Part shown: one piece after another, positions 49,800 to 62,880 of the stretch
Layout of the letters: every line of letters begins with the position of its first letter
How positions within the stretch are numbered: position 1 is the first letter of the stretch
Assembly (NCBI GenBank): GCA_951406725.2
Contig: OX597838.1
Location: forward strand, 13,454,001-13,518,000
DNA from: Octopus vulgaris
Lineage: Eukaryota
Reading direction: 5' to 3'
DNA length: 64,000 nucleotides
The notes under the pieces: generated by a model
Databases searched by the model: none
What the model saw: only the letters and a program-made list of their open reading frames with translations
What the model was told of the DNA's origin: nothing
Translations under genes and position numbers: made by a program

Positions 49800-50445
49800 G
49801 CTGTGGGCACGTAACAAACACCATCCGATCGTGGCCGTTTGCCAGCCTCATCTGGCACCTGTGTCAGTGGCACATAAAAACACCATCCGAGCGTGGCCGT
49901 CTGCCAGCCTCGTCTGGCACCTGTGTCGGTGGCACATAAAAACACCATCCGAGCGTGGCCGTTTGCCAGCCTCGTCTGGCACCTGTGTCGGTGGCACATA
50001 AAAAACACCATTCGAGCGTGGCCGTTTGCCAGCCTCGTCTGGCACCTGTGTCGGTGGCACATAAAAACACCATCCGAGCATGGCCGTTTGCCAGCCTCGT
50101 CTGGCACCTGTGTCGGTGGCACATAAAAACACCATCCGAGCGTGGACGTCTGCCAGCCTCGTCTGGCACCTGTGTCGGTGGCACATAAAAACACCATCCG
50201 AGCATGGCCGTTTGCCAGCCTCGTCTGGCACCTGTGTCGGTGGCACATAAAAACACCATCCGAGCGTGGCCGTCTGCCAGCCTCGTCTGGCACCTGTGTC
50301 GGTGGCACATAAAAAAACACCATCCGAGCGTGGCCGTTTGCCAGCCTCGTCTGGCACCTGTGTCGGTGGCACATAAAAAACACCATCCGAGCGTGGCCGT
50401 TTGCCAGCCTCGTCTGGCACCTGTGTCGGTGGCTCATAAAATCAC
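49800..50445. repeat. Tandem array of about 10 x 62-64 bp units inside a SINE-like element
   Basis: unit CACCATCCGAGCGTGGCCGTTTGCCAGCCTCGTCTGGCACCTGTGTCGGTGGCACATAAAAA. Confidence 0.93.
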
Positions 50446-50607
50446 CCACTACACTCTCGGAGTGGTTGGCGTTAGGAAGGGCATCCAGCTGTAGAAACAC
50501 TGCCAGATCTGACTGGCCTGGTGCAGCCTTCGGGCTCCCCAGACCCCAGTTGAACCGTCCAACCCATGCTAGCATGGAAAACGGACGCTAAATGATGATG
50601 ATGATGA

Positions 50608-50665
<58 letters not shown>

Positions 50666-50791
50666 GTGCAGGAGTGACTGTGTAGTAAGAAACTTGCTTC
50701 CCAACCACATGGTTCCAGGTTCAGTCCCACTGCATGGCACCTTGGGCAAGTGTGTGTACGTACCTACAATCAATTTACAGCATCCTTTACT

Positions 50792-50869
50792 GGACCTACG
50801 GGCATTTCAACTGCATTGACTGCACATTGTTGGATATGCAACATCGTCAGTGCAGTTTCATCAGGGTCC
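50792..50869 (-). ncRNA. Type I hammerhead-like motif with long stem II
   Basis: reverse complement reads ggacc-CTGATGA-aactgcactgac...gtcaatgcagtt-GAAA-tgcccg-TA-ggtcc: 5-bp stem I, 12-bp stem II with one mismatch. Confidence 0.65.
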
Positions 50870-51394
50870 TTACTCTCTGCCATTTCGTGAAACTGAAGGA
50901 ATAAAAAAAATAAATAAATAGTAAATTTATTAGAATAACAAACTAAGAATATTCCTTTTGAAATGAGAGGAACGGTAAACTTGTAGTAGTAATAACAAAT
51001 CTACATAAACATTCAATCCAACCGTGACCTATTTTTAGGACTATGTTTCTCGCTTCACCTACCACATAGAGGTGAACCTCAGTCAAGATTCCCACGACTA
51101 TTAATAGCAGCACCCACACCTCCTACTAAACACTTCATTCGGGTTTTCTGATTATTGCTTCTGTTTTGAACACAACATGTGATTCCTCTTACACCCAGCT
51201 TTTCACTTAGTACTTTTGTACTATGAAATATATGTGTGTGAAGGGGCATGGATCAGTGGTTAGAGAGTATTGGACTCACAGCAAGACCCTTTATTTCGCG
51301 TTGCTCCATTTCACTCAGCTGTAGAAATGGGTTGCAATGTCACTGGTGCCAAGCTGTAGCAGCCTTTTGGAACCAAGTTTCTTACTACACACTG

Positions 51395-51489
51395 TGTATA
51401 TGTATGTGTGTGTGTGTGTGTATTTGTGTATGTGTGTGTATGGGTGTATATATGTATGCATGTATATATGTGTACATATTACATGTACA

Positions 51490-51543
<54 letters not shown>

Positions 51544-51925
51544 CATCTATATATATGTATACATATATATCTACACATACATATATATATATATATATAT
51601 ACATATATATCTCTACACATACATGTATACATATACATCTATACATATGCACGTATACATACACAGCTATACATATACATGTATACATATACATCTATAC
51701 ATATACAGCTATACATATACAGCTATATATATACATATACATACATACATACATACATATATATTTTTATATATATATATATATATACATCTGCACATAT
51801 ACATGTATACATATACAGCTATACATATATACATATACAGCTATACATATACATATACATCTATATATATACATGTATATATATATACATCTATCTATAT
51901 ACATGTATATATATACATCTATATG
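51395..51925. repeat. Complex (TA)/(TACA)/(TG) microsatellite
   Basis: directly visible. Confidence 0.95.
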
Positions 51926-53199
51926 AATATAAATAATTTGGGAAAACAAATTTCCAAATCAATCAGGTGTGACCCTACAGTGTTACGTGCATCTACATAT
52001 CGTACTTTGGGGTCTTATTTATCCTATTCTTGAGGGCCCTTTCTTCAGACCTTTTAGCATCTCAGTAACTTGTCACTCTTTCAGCCATGTCCAGTATGCA
52101 AATCTATCTGCTCGACTGCCCAAGTATGGGCTCCATCTATCTCATCTGTTAGATCAATAGCTTTTTGCTATTGACTGCAGATATGCTAAAGAAGATCCTT
52201 CTCTGTCCTACACTCTCTGGTGTTCCCTAGGGTTTAATTATGTCCCTTATTCTCTTTCTAATCCTTCAATGATCTGCTTGCCATCATGTCCATCAACTCT
52301 CTCTCTTACACAGACAATAGCACTTGTTCTTCACTAACCTCCTCCAACCAAGTGTCACTCACAAGCTACATAGACAACACATGCCAAAGCAGTGCTGAGT
52401 CCATGAACAAAGTCCTTGAAAGCATCCCCAATGGTGAACAGCCCACTTAACTATAAATATGCAAAGTATCTGATAAAAGTCGGTATTCAATTCTCTGGGA
52501 TTAATCGATACGCAGGTATTCTATTTCAGATAATACAAAAATAACCTGAGTATATCTGACAGTAAACTCATGGTATCAGTTTGCACATCCCGAAATAACA
52601 CTTAATTCTTTAGTGTTCAAATTAATATGTCAAAAGTAATCCTTATTCATTTTCATTTTTAAAAAATTTATCTGATATTATCTTGTAGCTTCAAGATTTG
52701 AAAGATGTAATTGTTTATTGACATTGCAGGGTAGGTGTGAGATACTGGTTCTGGCCAGTTTGAGCATAAAATGAGTAGAATATTTGGGCCGGATATAGCC
52801 GGTTTAAACCCTCTCTCTCTTTCGGAGAGGCACTAAGCAGCTATACGCACACATACACACAAGGCAGTAACTTCCACCTACCGAATTCAATCACAAAGCT
52901 CCGGTCGGCTCGAGGCTATAGTGGAAGACACCTACCCAAAGTGCCACTAAAGGGTTAAAGGATATAACCTAAATTACCAGCTATATAATGTACTTCATTA
53001 ATTATATCATACTTTAGTTAATACTTATATTTATTAAATATGAAGGAACTATATGTGTTTCAGGATTTTTTTGCTGATACTAAAATGGTGATTTGAGGAA
53101 AAAAGGAAGATATGTATTTGAATTTTTCTTGTTATATATCAAATTTAAACACAGACACTTATACTCTGATGTTTAATCTTATATCTCACATTCTGTATT

Positions 53200-55990
53200 T
53201 CCCTAATCAGTACTCCAGAGTTTCTTCCAGGACAGTGGTCGCTCAAGTGCTTGGTCCTACTGCATCCATTGACCTTGGTGAGCAAGCCCTACTGCCTTCA
53301 TCCGGTGACCCTCTTCTGTTGAACCACACATCCTTTACACTATGGGTTCTCATGCTCCTGGTATTGGTGTTTTCTACCTCTTGGTACTGTAATTGCCAGT
53401 TCCTAGCTGTCCTTGACACACTACACCAACAATCTCATGGTGTTCTGAGTCTGTCTCTACTTCCTTCATAGTTTCCTGGGGTTTCCATTTTCTTCCCCAC
53501 ACTTTATGATCTTGTTGGTGTGTCTGACTTCCTCGTCCTCAGACAGAAGCAATGTGGTGAATGCTCTTGCCTCTGTGGTTTTGAATTCCTCCATCTCTGG
53601 TGAAATTTGTAGGCAGAGTTTAGAGGTGTTGCTGTACAGATTGTTCTGAAACTAGGAGAATGCCGGCCACCTTCACATGCACTTACTGTACAACCTCTCC
53701 ATTGCCTCTATCCGAATCATGGAAAAGCCATAAAGCAAAAATGGCCACTGCAGTCTGGGTACGATGCCGTATTGGAAGCACTGCAGTTTGAATCTTCCCA
53801 GTAGCTGGCTTTTATCAACTGCCTTTAGCCAGTTGCCTAGTTGAGTTTCAATGTCTTCAGCATCACCAATATCCTTAAGGGAATGATCATAATTTTTCCC
53901 AGGGCAGCGGACTTTTTCTTGGATTGTCAGAATCTCAGAACTCTGAATGTTGAAGGTGTCACTTTAACCCTTTCGTTACCAACCCGGCTGAAACCACCTC
54001 TGGCTCTGTATTACAAATGTCTTGTTTTCATAAGTTTTGAATTAAAATCTTCCACCAAACCCTAGTCACAAATTTATGTTCCTAACACTAGCTGAATGAT
54101 AACTAAGTTATTTTACTAAATTCTTTGTTATATTTAACCCTTTCGTTACCAACCCGGCCAAAACCGGCTCTGGCTCTGAGTTCAAATATCTTATTTTCAT
54201 AAGTTTTGACTTAAAATCTTCCATCAAACCTTAGTCACAATTTATGTTTGTAACACTCGCTTAATGATAACTAAGTTATTTTACTAAATTCTTTATTATA
54301 TTTAAAGTAATTGAAAGAAACACAGAGCATCTCAAAATAAATACAGTAACGAAAGGGTTAAAGTAATTGAAAGAAACACAGAGTATCTTAACATAAATAT
54401 GGTAACAAAAGGGTTAAGGATATTCAAGTTTCAAGATTTTACTGGGTTGGACTTCAAGTATGACCATGTGGCCATCTTTTCCAGTGGGCTTTAATGTCTG
54501 CTGTGTCCCTTTGATTGATGGCATCATAACTTTTGTCATCCATGAATGACCTGCAAACTAAATTTCCTGTTTCCGTCAGTTTTGGGACCTCTGGACTACT
54601 TCCTTCCTATCTCTACCAGTAGATCCATGGCCACCACAAAGAGTACCATGGAAATAGTGTACCTTGCCATAACGGGTTTTTCCAATTGCTGCCACTTAGT
54701 GGTAAAATTTCCCATAGTAAACCTCATCCTCAGTGGATACATATGGAACATTATAAGTCTGACTACGTCTGTTGGTACTTGGTAGTACTCCAATGCACTT
54801 TGGAGTAGCTGGTGAGGCATGCTTGAGTACAATTTGGCAAGATCCAATTACACAACAGAGAGTATTGTTCATCCTTGTTTCTTTAATGACAAGGCCAATC
54901 ACTTCAAGGCATTCAGAGTGGACTGGGACACTTTCTGAACACTTGTGCCGATGTGCTCATTGGCCAAGAGATATGAGGTTAAACTTTGAACAATGATGGT
55001 TCAAAAGATCTTCCCCTCAACATCCAGAAGGGAAATCTCTTGAAACTGGTTAAGTTCTGCTGAGTTTTCTTCTTTTAGGGGCAAAACAACCCTCAGTGAA
55101 TCAGGATTAGGGGCAAAATAGCCCTCCAGTCCAGGCTTACTGCTTTTTCTTCCAGATTAAACATAAAAGTCTAGCTACTTTAACAGAAGCAGACAATTTT
55201 TGTATATTCTATACATGGTGCCAGATGGCCCTGGTGCAGAACCTGCATGATATTTTGCTACCACTGCCCTCACTTTGTTAAAACTGATGTCCGCCATGCT
55301 GAAGGCAGTGTGGAGTTTCAGTGTTGGCAGTGGATAGGAACAATCCCCTTATAGCATGCCTCTTCTGAGGTCACCATACACTACTGCTATTCTGCTTTCA
55401 ACTTTTCTAGAGCCTATTAACCTCCCACTTTTTGACTCTCTGAAGAGGTCAGCTGTGAACTGGAAGGAGTTGTTAAAAAAAGGCTTTGTTTTGCTTTCAC
55501 TTCTCCCTCTCTGTTTTTTCTGAAGTGACTCTGTTCTGCAAAGCTGGGGTAGGTTTCTTCATAACTCCATAGTAAGTTAGTTTAAAGCACCTTTTCTTTC
55601 ATCATCCACTTATTTCCAACTTTTCTTCAGCTGCCTTCGTTGTTTGCTTAATCCTACCATCTGATGCAGCCTCTTACTAGGGCCATTCTGCTTGTTGCTT
55701 TTGCTTTTCTTCACTCCAAAGATATCTTGGAATAACTGGTACCACTTGCACCAAGATTCTTATCTTCCTAGTGTGCCGCTCTTTAAAATATCCAGAATGA
55801 TGTTCAAGTCCTTGTCCAACTGGGTCCATTTCAGATCTGTTGATAGTGGAAAATTCAGCTGTAGTTTCTTCTCAAAACCCTTGGGGCTGTCAGATTCATC
55901 CACTCCTCTTGCACATTAAGCAAGCTAAGCATAGAAGTACTGGGAACCTTGGTTTGCCTCCTGGCAATCTTCTGATTGCCATGGGGTGTA
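53200..55990 (-). mobile_element. Degenerate non-LTR retrotransposon (HERO/R2-superfamily-like RT)
   Basis: fragments AGSAPGPSG.MYRIYKNC and DLAKLYSSMPHQLLQSALEYYQVP...FTTKWQQLEK...ISMVLFVVAMDLL, with stops and frameshifts; clade assignment tentative. Confidence 0.7.
53968..54413. mobile_element. piggyBac-type MITE containing a second copy of itself (54138..54357)
   Basis: both copies have TTAA|CCCTTTCGTTAC...GTAAC(G/A)AAAGGG|TTAA. Confidence 0.85.
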
Positions 55991-57198
55991 AGTGACTGAG
56001 ACAACAACTCCCCTCTCCCAAGTGGGACACTGGGCCATCACAGGGTTCGTTTCCCAGCTATTACTGGGGCTCAGTTACTGCTGGGTGGACCGGAACAACG
56101 TGAAATGAAGTGGTTTGCTCAAGAACACAACACGCTGCCCAGTCCAGGAATCAGAATCGTGATCGTAAGATCACGAAAGCAACCCCCTAACCACCAGGTA
56201 CATGCTTTCACTATGGTTACCACCTCACCATAGTTTACCTAATTTACAAAGCTTGTGATACAAAGACAGGTGCTTCACCATTGTCTGTCCTTACCTTTCT
56301 GTTTTTGCTAAACAAAGAGTGACAGGTGGCTACAGATGCGGTATTGTAGGTTAATTTGTGTATGGGTGTATATATTCACACACTCGCTCTTGTTGAACAA
56401 AGCTGCTGATAATTCATTTCAGGTCAGGACTGTATATTTAAATGCTGATTATATTTCCTGAACATACAACTTATGATTCATTGATGTCATTATGAATATA
56501 ATTATATATACCACCTCTCTCTCTCTCTCTCTGTCTCACTCCACACACACACACGAACGTTCTTGCACTCATACAAGCATAGGCGCAGGTGTAGCTGTGT
56601 GGTAAGAACCTTACTTCCCAACCACATGGTTCCGGGTTTATAGCAAGTGGAGTGCCTCATGGAACTATCTTGGGGGCTGGTACTGCTTATGGGAGCATTT
56701 TTGAACATGCCTTCAGTTACACAAACAACCACACTTACTAGCTAAACCAATGACGCAAAAGTAGTACAAACAATCAAGGAACCTTTTGATGCTAATCTTC
56801 TACAGAAAGTCCCAGATGCCATATATGAACAGGCTGAAGAAAACAACATGCAAATTCAATGCAAGAAAATTCCAAGCCATCTGCTACCAGCCTGTTTGTG
56901 CTGACATGCCACAACAAAGATACTTTGAACTGAAAAGAGCAGCAATCCTAGAGTCAAGTACAGTTCATGATCTGAGGATTGGTATCTTTTTCTCTTTTAC
57001 TTGTTTCAGTCATTTGACTGCGGCCATGCTGGAGCACCGCCTTTAATCGAGCAACTCGACCCCGGGACTTATTCTTTTTGTAAGCCCAGTACTTATTCTA
57101 TCGGTCTCTTTTTGCCGAACCGCTAAGTAACGGGGACATAAACACACCAGCATCGGTTGTCAAGCAATGCTAGGGGGACAAACACAAAAACACCCACG

Positions 57199-57265
<67 letters not shown>

Positions 57266-57303
57266 ACAATTGAGGGTAAAATTAATTAATGTAATATAAG
57301 GGT

Positions 57304-57361
<58 letters not shown>

Positions 57362-57589
57362 CATACATATATATGACGGGCTTCTTTCAGTTTCCGTCTA
57401 CTAAATCCACTCACAAGGCTTTGGTTGGCCCGAGGCTATAGTAGAAGACACTTGCCCAAGGTGCCACGCAGTGGGACTGAACCTGGAACCATGTGGTTGG
57501 TAAACTAGCTACTTACCACACAGCCACTCCTGTACCTATATGAGAGGTAACACTTCATTTTATGTACATATCACCTAGATTGTGACAGT

Positions 57590-58285
57590 CTGCTGGTGAA
57601 TGGCTTGATAGATTCTGAGAACTTTCAGAACCAGGGACCAGGAAACTATGCTAGTTCTATAGATAACATTTGCCTTCGGCTGTTTGAACTCTTGCTCTCA
57701 ACTGTGGCCTCACCACAATATCAAATTAACAATGCAACTTGAAGCAGTTCAGTGGTGCTACACCAGGAAGATTGCATCAGTGGAACAGTCGAGCCATTGG
57801 GAGAGACGGAAAGAGTTTCAATTCTACTCCCTGGAGCAAAGACAGGAGAGATATGCCATGATATACATATGGGATTATCCTAGAAGGGTTGGCACCAAAC
57901 TTTGGCATAGAATGTTATACCAGCCTCCAAACTGGAAGTCACTACACTGTTCCAAAACTCTCACCCATTCTGTTTAGAGTGAGGCCCATGTACTGCAATA
58001 GCTTGGGATTCAAAGACCCACAGCTATTTAATATCTTGCCAAAACAACTGAGAGAGCTGCATGAAGTAGGGGTGGATGTTTTCAAGAAAAAACTTGACCT
58101 CCTGCTGTCTATGATCCCAGATGAACCTACGTCACAGCAAGAAACTCAAAACAGGGCAGCAGAGGCAAACTTCCTCCTTCACCAAAAGCCAGTCACAAAA
58201 GAGTGGCCATTTGAAAAGGGGATAATATTGCAGTGCTACAGCATGGCCACAGCCTTTGATGAGCTGAAACACATAAAAGAATACA
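57590..58285 (+). mobile_element. LINE 3' remnant (CR1/L2-like RT C-terminus)
   Basis: LEAVQWCYTRKI...WERRKEFQFYSLEQRQERY..IYIW and PQLFNILPKQLR...VFKKKLD motifs. Confidence 0.75.
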
Positions 58286-58905
58286 CACACACACACGTAC
58301 ACACATCCAAGTGTACGTATGCTGATTAAAATAATTTGCTGAACTTTTTAAAGTTGTGACATGGGAAAGTTTCCCAGCAACACCTTCTGCATGTAGTCCA
58401 TAGAGTTAAGCTGCTGCAAGTATACTTAAATATAGTGAACCAAAAATCTCTCAATTTCTCTCTCTCTCTCTCTCCTTCTCTCTTGTTTGAAATTATCGTT
58501 GGTAAATATATTGATAATGTTCTGTTTGCTGTGATTAATATCAGTTTGTTTGGAGGGATATTGTAGATTTAGATTAGAATAGTGTTGTGTGGGGGGAAAG
58601 TGCGATATAGTTAAAAATAGAGGTGAAAAAGTATGGTGGGAGAGAAGGAGAGTGTGAGTGGAGATTGGCAAAAAGAGCAGAGTAGTGGTGAGATTGTAGT
58701 CTGTGTGCAAAGAAGTAGTTAGTATGAGTGTGAGTGTGTGTGTGTGTGAGAGAGAGAGAGTAATAGAAATGAGAAGTCTAAGTGAAATCTATATGAGTAA
58801 GAGAGAGAAAATAAAACAGAAAGAAAGAAGAGGGGGTGAGTATGCATGTTGGCCTCAGAGAGAGAGAGAGAGATGTGTGAAAGCATGTATTTGCGAAGGA
58901 ATAAA

Positions 58906-58970
<65 letters not shown>

Positions 58971-60309
58971 AGTGAGTGTGCAAATGCAACAGAGGGTTGA
59001 CAAATTGCTTGTTTTTCTAACTAAATATTTCTGCAGAGAAAGAAAGAGAGCAACAGCAACATTAATTGTGACAATAACTGCAATGCAAACAAGCAGATCC
59101 ACCCAAAACGATAAAAACAAAACTGATATCCTCTGAGAGGTGAAGAAAGTTTGAAGAGACCTCAAAGCCGAAGACGTGTGAATTAGGTGGATTTCAGCCA
59201 TTGACCTGTTTTATAAACAATATCATATACAAAAAAACATTGTATGTATTACAATTGTTGTAGTAGTCAAGGTATTGACAGTGGGGACAGCCACAGTGGT
59301 GTGTGTGTAAGCATGTGTGTGTCTGTGTGTTTGTAGTCACTTTAACAGTTTTTTTCTTTTTGTTTTTCCTTTCTGGGTTTGGAGAGAAAGAGAGAGAGAG
59401 AAAGACGGGGACATTGGATATTGTGGGCATTCTGAGCCTGGTGATATTATTGAGGCTGTTAATGTTCGGCTTAACCTATTTCTGTACTACCCACAAAGGG
59501 GCTAAACGCAGAGAGGACAAACAAGGACAGACAAACGGATTAAGTCGATTATATCGACCCCAGTGCGTAACTGGTACTTATTTAATCGACCCCGAAAGGA
59601 TGAAAGGCAAAGTCGACCTCGGCGGAATTCTGCTTAACCCTTTGGCATTCAAATTCTTCTGTAAAATGCATTGCTTATTTATTGACATTGTTTCAAATTA
59701 ATCATGCATTATCTTATAGCTTTGAGATTTCAACGATGTGATTGATTGTGTATTTTTAGAATGATAAATGATAGGGTAGGCGTGAGAGGCGAGATTTAGG
59801 TGGTTTGGACACAAAACAGGTTGAAGATTTGGGCTGGATGTGGTTGGTTTAAATTCCAGAGAGTCAAACTATTGCATGTTGATGACTGCAGTAAAAAATA
59901 TGGAGCTGGTGATGAGTGATTTCAGAAGACGATTGTTCTTGGGAGAATAATCTTTGGTGATTGTTTTGTGCAGGGACTAGTGAGGCTGGAAACAGCTTGT
60001 ATGAGGTAAAAGGAAAAATGAGTGAGTTGACAGAGCAACTCTGAAGAAAGGGCCCTCAAGAATGCCAGACAACTGATCTAATTGGTTGCAGTAGAGCAAA
60101 CTCCATTGAATGGCCAGGTGATGGTATAAAACCAGGCAATATGATATATCTGTGATCCCCAAAAACGAGGTGGTAGGGACCTTTATGGTTAGGTAGTCTG
60201 TAGGAACTAGGAGCAAGGGGCAGGGGGTAACATTGTTAATAAGTGGAGAACCCAAAACATAGCAATTTCATCACTCAGTTCCCATGAGGAGGGAAAATTT
60301 TTCAAAAAC

Positions 60310-61160
60310 CTCATATCACCAAAGATCCTGATCCTTTGTCATCTCATCCATCAGGCAGAGAGTCCTGAGTTCAGCCTTCACCACTCCACCCCATACTTTC
60401 CTGAGTCTCCCTCTTCTGCAAGCTTTAAGTGAAAACGACACTTCTTTATATAGCTGTCCTCATCCTTCTACATCACATGTCCATACCAGTGGCAGCTACT
60501 TTCTTGAACACATCTGATTCCTCTTATACCCAGTTTTTTCCCTCAGCACCTTTGTACCAATTCTTTCACACACATCCACATTGCACATCCAGTGAGGCAT
60601 GCTTGTGGCATTTCTTTCTAATCTCCTCGAGTCCTCTGCATTCAAGGCCCATGTCTCACTACCATACAGAAGTACACTTCTAATACAAGCATCATACAAT
60701 CTGAACTTTTCTCAATCAGGTCTTTAATCTAATGACTATATTCTTAGAGCAACAAACCTCCCCTACTAATTGCATCTTCTAATTATCAACTTCTTCTAAT
60801 GAGCCGTCTAGGCATTTAAGAGAGCTGGTTTCAGGTGTGCTTGTACGTTCTACTCCAGTGCATTTATCAAATATGAAGCTTATATTTTTGGATAGTCTGC
60901 CAGTGATTCCACTACATCTCTTGTGTGTCCATAGTTTACATTGACTTTAGTTTACGGAATTTATACATACTTGTTTTCTACAAGAGCAATGCCATTTCCC
61001 TAAAAGTACCAGAGTCCTGTTTTCTCTCCTATTTACTAAAACCTTTGTCCATGCATCTACTTTAAAAGTCTTCTATTCTAGGAATAGCTTCCATGCTGGG
61101 ATTTCCTTCTGTAATTCCCCTATAGAATTCAATTATAAGGACTAGATCATCAGTCTTAAA
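60310..61160 (-). mobile_element. RTE-like LINE remnant
   Basis: YDACIRSVLLYGSETWAL...RRLERN..SM..WMCNV motif. Confidence 0.75.
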
Positions 61161-61749
61161 TTCCACTTCATGGACAACCAGTCTTAAACTCCACTTCAAG
61201 TTTTTTTAATAATAATTCTTGTTTAACACATGCATCTTTTCTCAGGATAAGTTATGATTTCAGATCAATAACTTGAAGTTTCATAACTTTATTGTTGACT
61301 GAACATTTAAATACAAACTGACCTTTTGGTTGGCAGCTGTGTTGACAATTCTTTTCAGTATGACATTACTTAACTGTCATGGACCTGTGTAAAATATGTA
61401 TAGTTTGTTGTTTGGAATATTTGTTTTGTGTTGCAGTGTCATACTTGAAATCAATACTCTGTCTTCTACTAGTATGACTTGTGTCCAGTCAGTTGTGATG
61501 CCATCTGGAAATATGAGATGCATTCCAGAAGTTTTGATACTTTTTTTTCAAGACAGTGAGTTATAAGATGTCTAAGATTATTGTCATTTTAGTATATCAT
61601 TACTGCACATCCAGTAATTTGACCTACCAACTTTAGTTATTCTAGACTGAAGGAGACGACTGTAACAGCACTTTTATCATATCCTGCAAAAAAACACTGC
61701 TTGCCACTGCCGACTAGCTTGCAGAAAGCAGTTGGGATATTTGGAAGGT

Positions 61750-62280
61750 TGCAATGTAATGAAGTTTTGTGTTAAACTGGGCAAAAATGCCACAGAAATT
61801 TATGAAATGTTCGACACTGCTTATGGATTAACTTTTTTGCTGGCATAAGCAGTCCAAGGATGGTTGAGAAGTGTGGGAGAGAGAGGGGTGTCAGAACATC
61901 AGTGCTGGTTGAGAAAATTCACAATTTTCTGGTTGAAGACCATCTTATGTCTATAAAGACAATAAGCATATAGTTTGGGTTTGGTGTGACAACTGTACAT
62001 AGAATTGTTTATGACGATTTGAACAGGTGTAAAGTTTGTTCCCAGGTTGCTCAGTGATGGTAACCAACTACTTGACAAAGATGGGTATCAAAACTGTCCC
62101 TCACCCCCTCCTTACAGTCCAGACCTTGCTCCCTTTGACTTTTGGCTGTTCCCCAAGCTGTAGGAGAACCTCGAGAGCAGTTGTTTTGAAGATGAAAGAG
62201 GCTGTGACAAGAGTCCTGGACACCTTTACTTTAGAGAACTTTAACTTCCATGGCGCTTTCATGAAGTAACCGGAATACTA
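61750..62280 (+). mobile_element. Degenerate mariner transposase remnant
   Basis: KFCVKLGKNATEIYEMFDTAYG and PHPP(Y)SPDLAPFDFWLFPKL motifs across frameshifts. Confidence 0.75.
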
Positions 62281-62359
62281 CAATTTGTGGTGCTGACATA
62301 AAAAAATGTATTTCACAAAGTCTTAACTCTAGTGACCTACTAAATAAACCTGTCTGTGT

Positions 62360-62880
62360 TGCAACAGATGTTGAATATATTGCAAGATCTGATGTTTTTA
62401 CTGATATAATGAATCATCTACAAACTCTTAACTTGGCACTCCAGAGAAAGGCTAAGATTATTTCTAATCTTACTCAGTTTTCAGCTTTCAAAGTAAAATT
62501 AAAACTTTTCTAAGAGACATTGTTGAAAAATTTCAGGCACTTTGCCAATCTCAGAAATGGAGTGAATCCATTTCCTGATGCTAAAATAAAAGACCACAAA
62601 CCGGAATACCAGCATAAATTACAAAGATTACAAAGATTACTTGATAATTTCCTAACCAGGTTTGATGACTTGCACAAGGTGAAGCAGGACTTTCTTGATG
62701 TGATCAGTGATGGTTGTCCAGTTCTCAAACCTCTAGTTATGGAATCACGAGGCAATGGATTTACAGAATTTAGGTCTAAAGAAGATCCGTAGATCCTTGT
62801 CTACAAAAGAGTTCTGGAAACAAGTTCCAGAAATAGAATGTCTTAAACTGAAGAAAATAACTGTGCAACCACTCTGTAAT
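62360..62880 (+). mobile_element. Degenerate hAT-like transposase remnant
   Basis: DLMFFTDIMNHLQTLNLALQRKAKIISNL...NFRHFANL...LLDNFLTRFDD resembles hAT/GTF2IRD2-like C-terminal region. Confidence 0.55.

Noticed and set aside
49800-50445. CRISPR-like regularly spaced repeats and the 386-aa ORF 49415..50575
   Set aside because: Units are contiguous with no unique spacers, there are no cas genes, and the context is a eukaryotic SINE
51248-52033. 261-aa Tyr/Ile-rich ORF
   Set aside because: SINE head plus TA/TACA microsatellite
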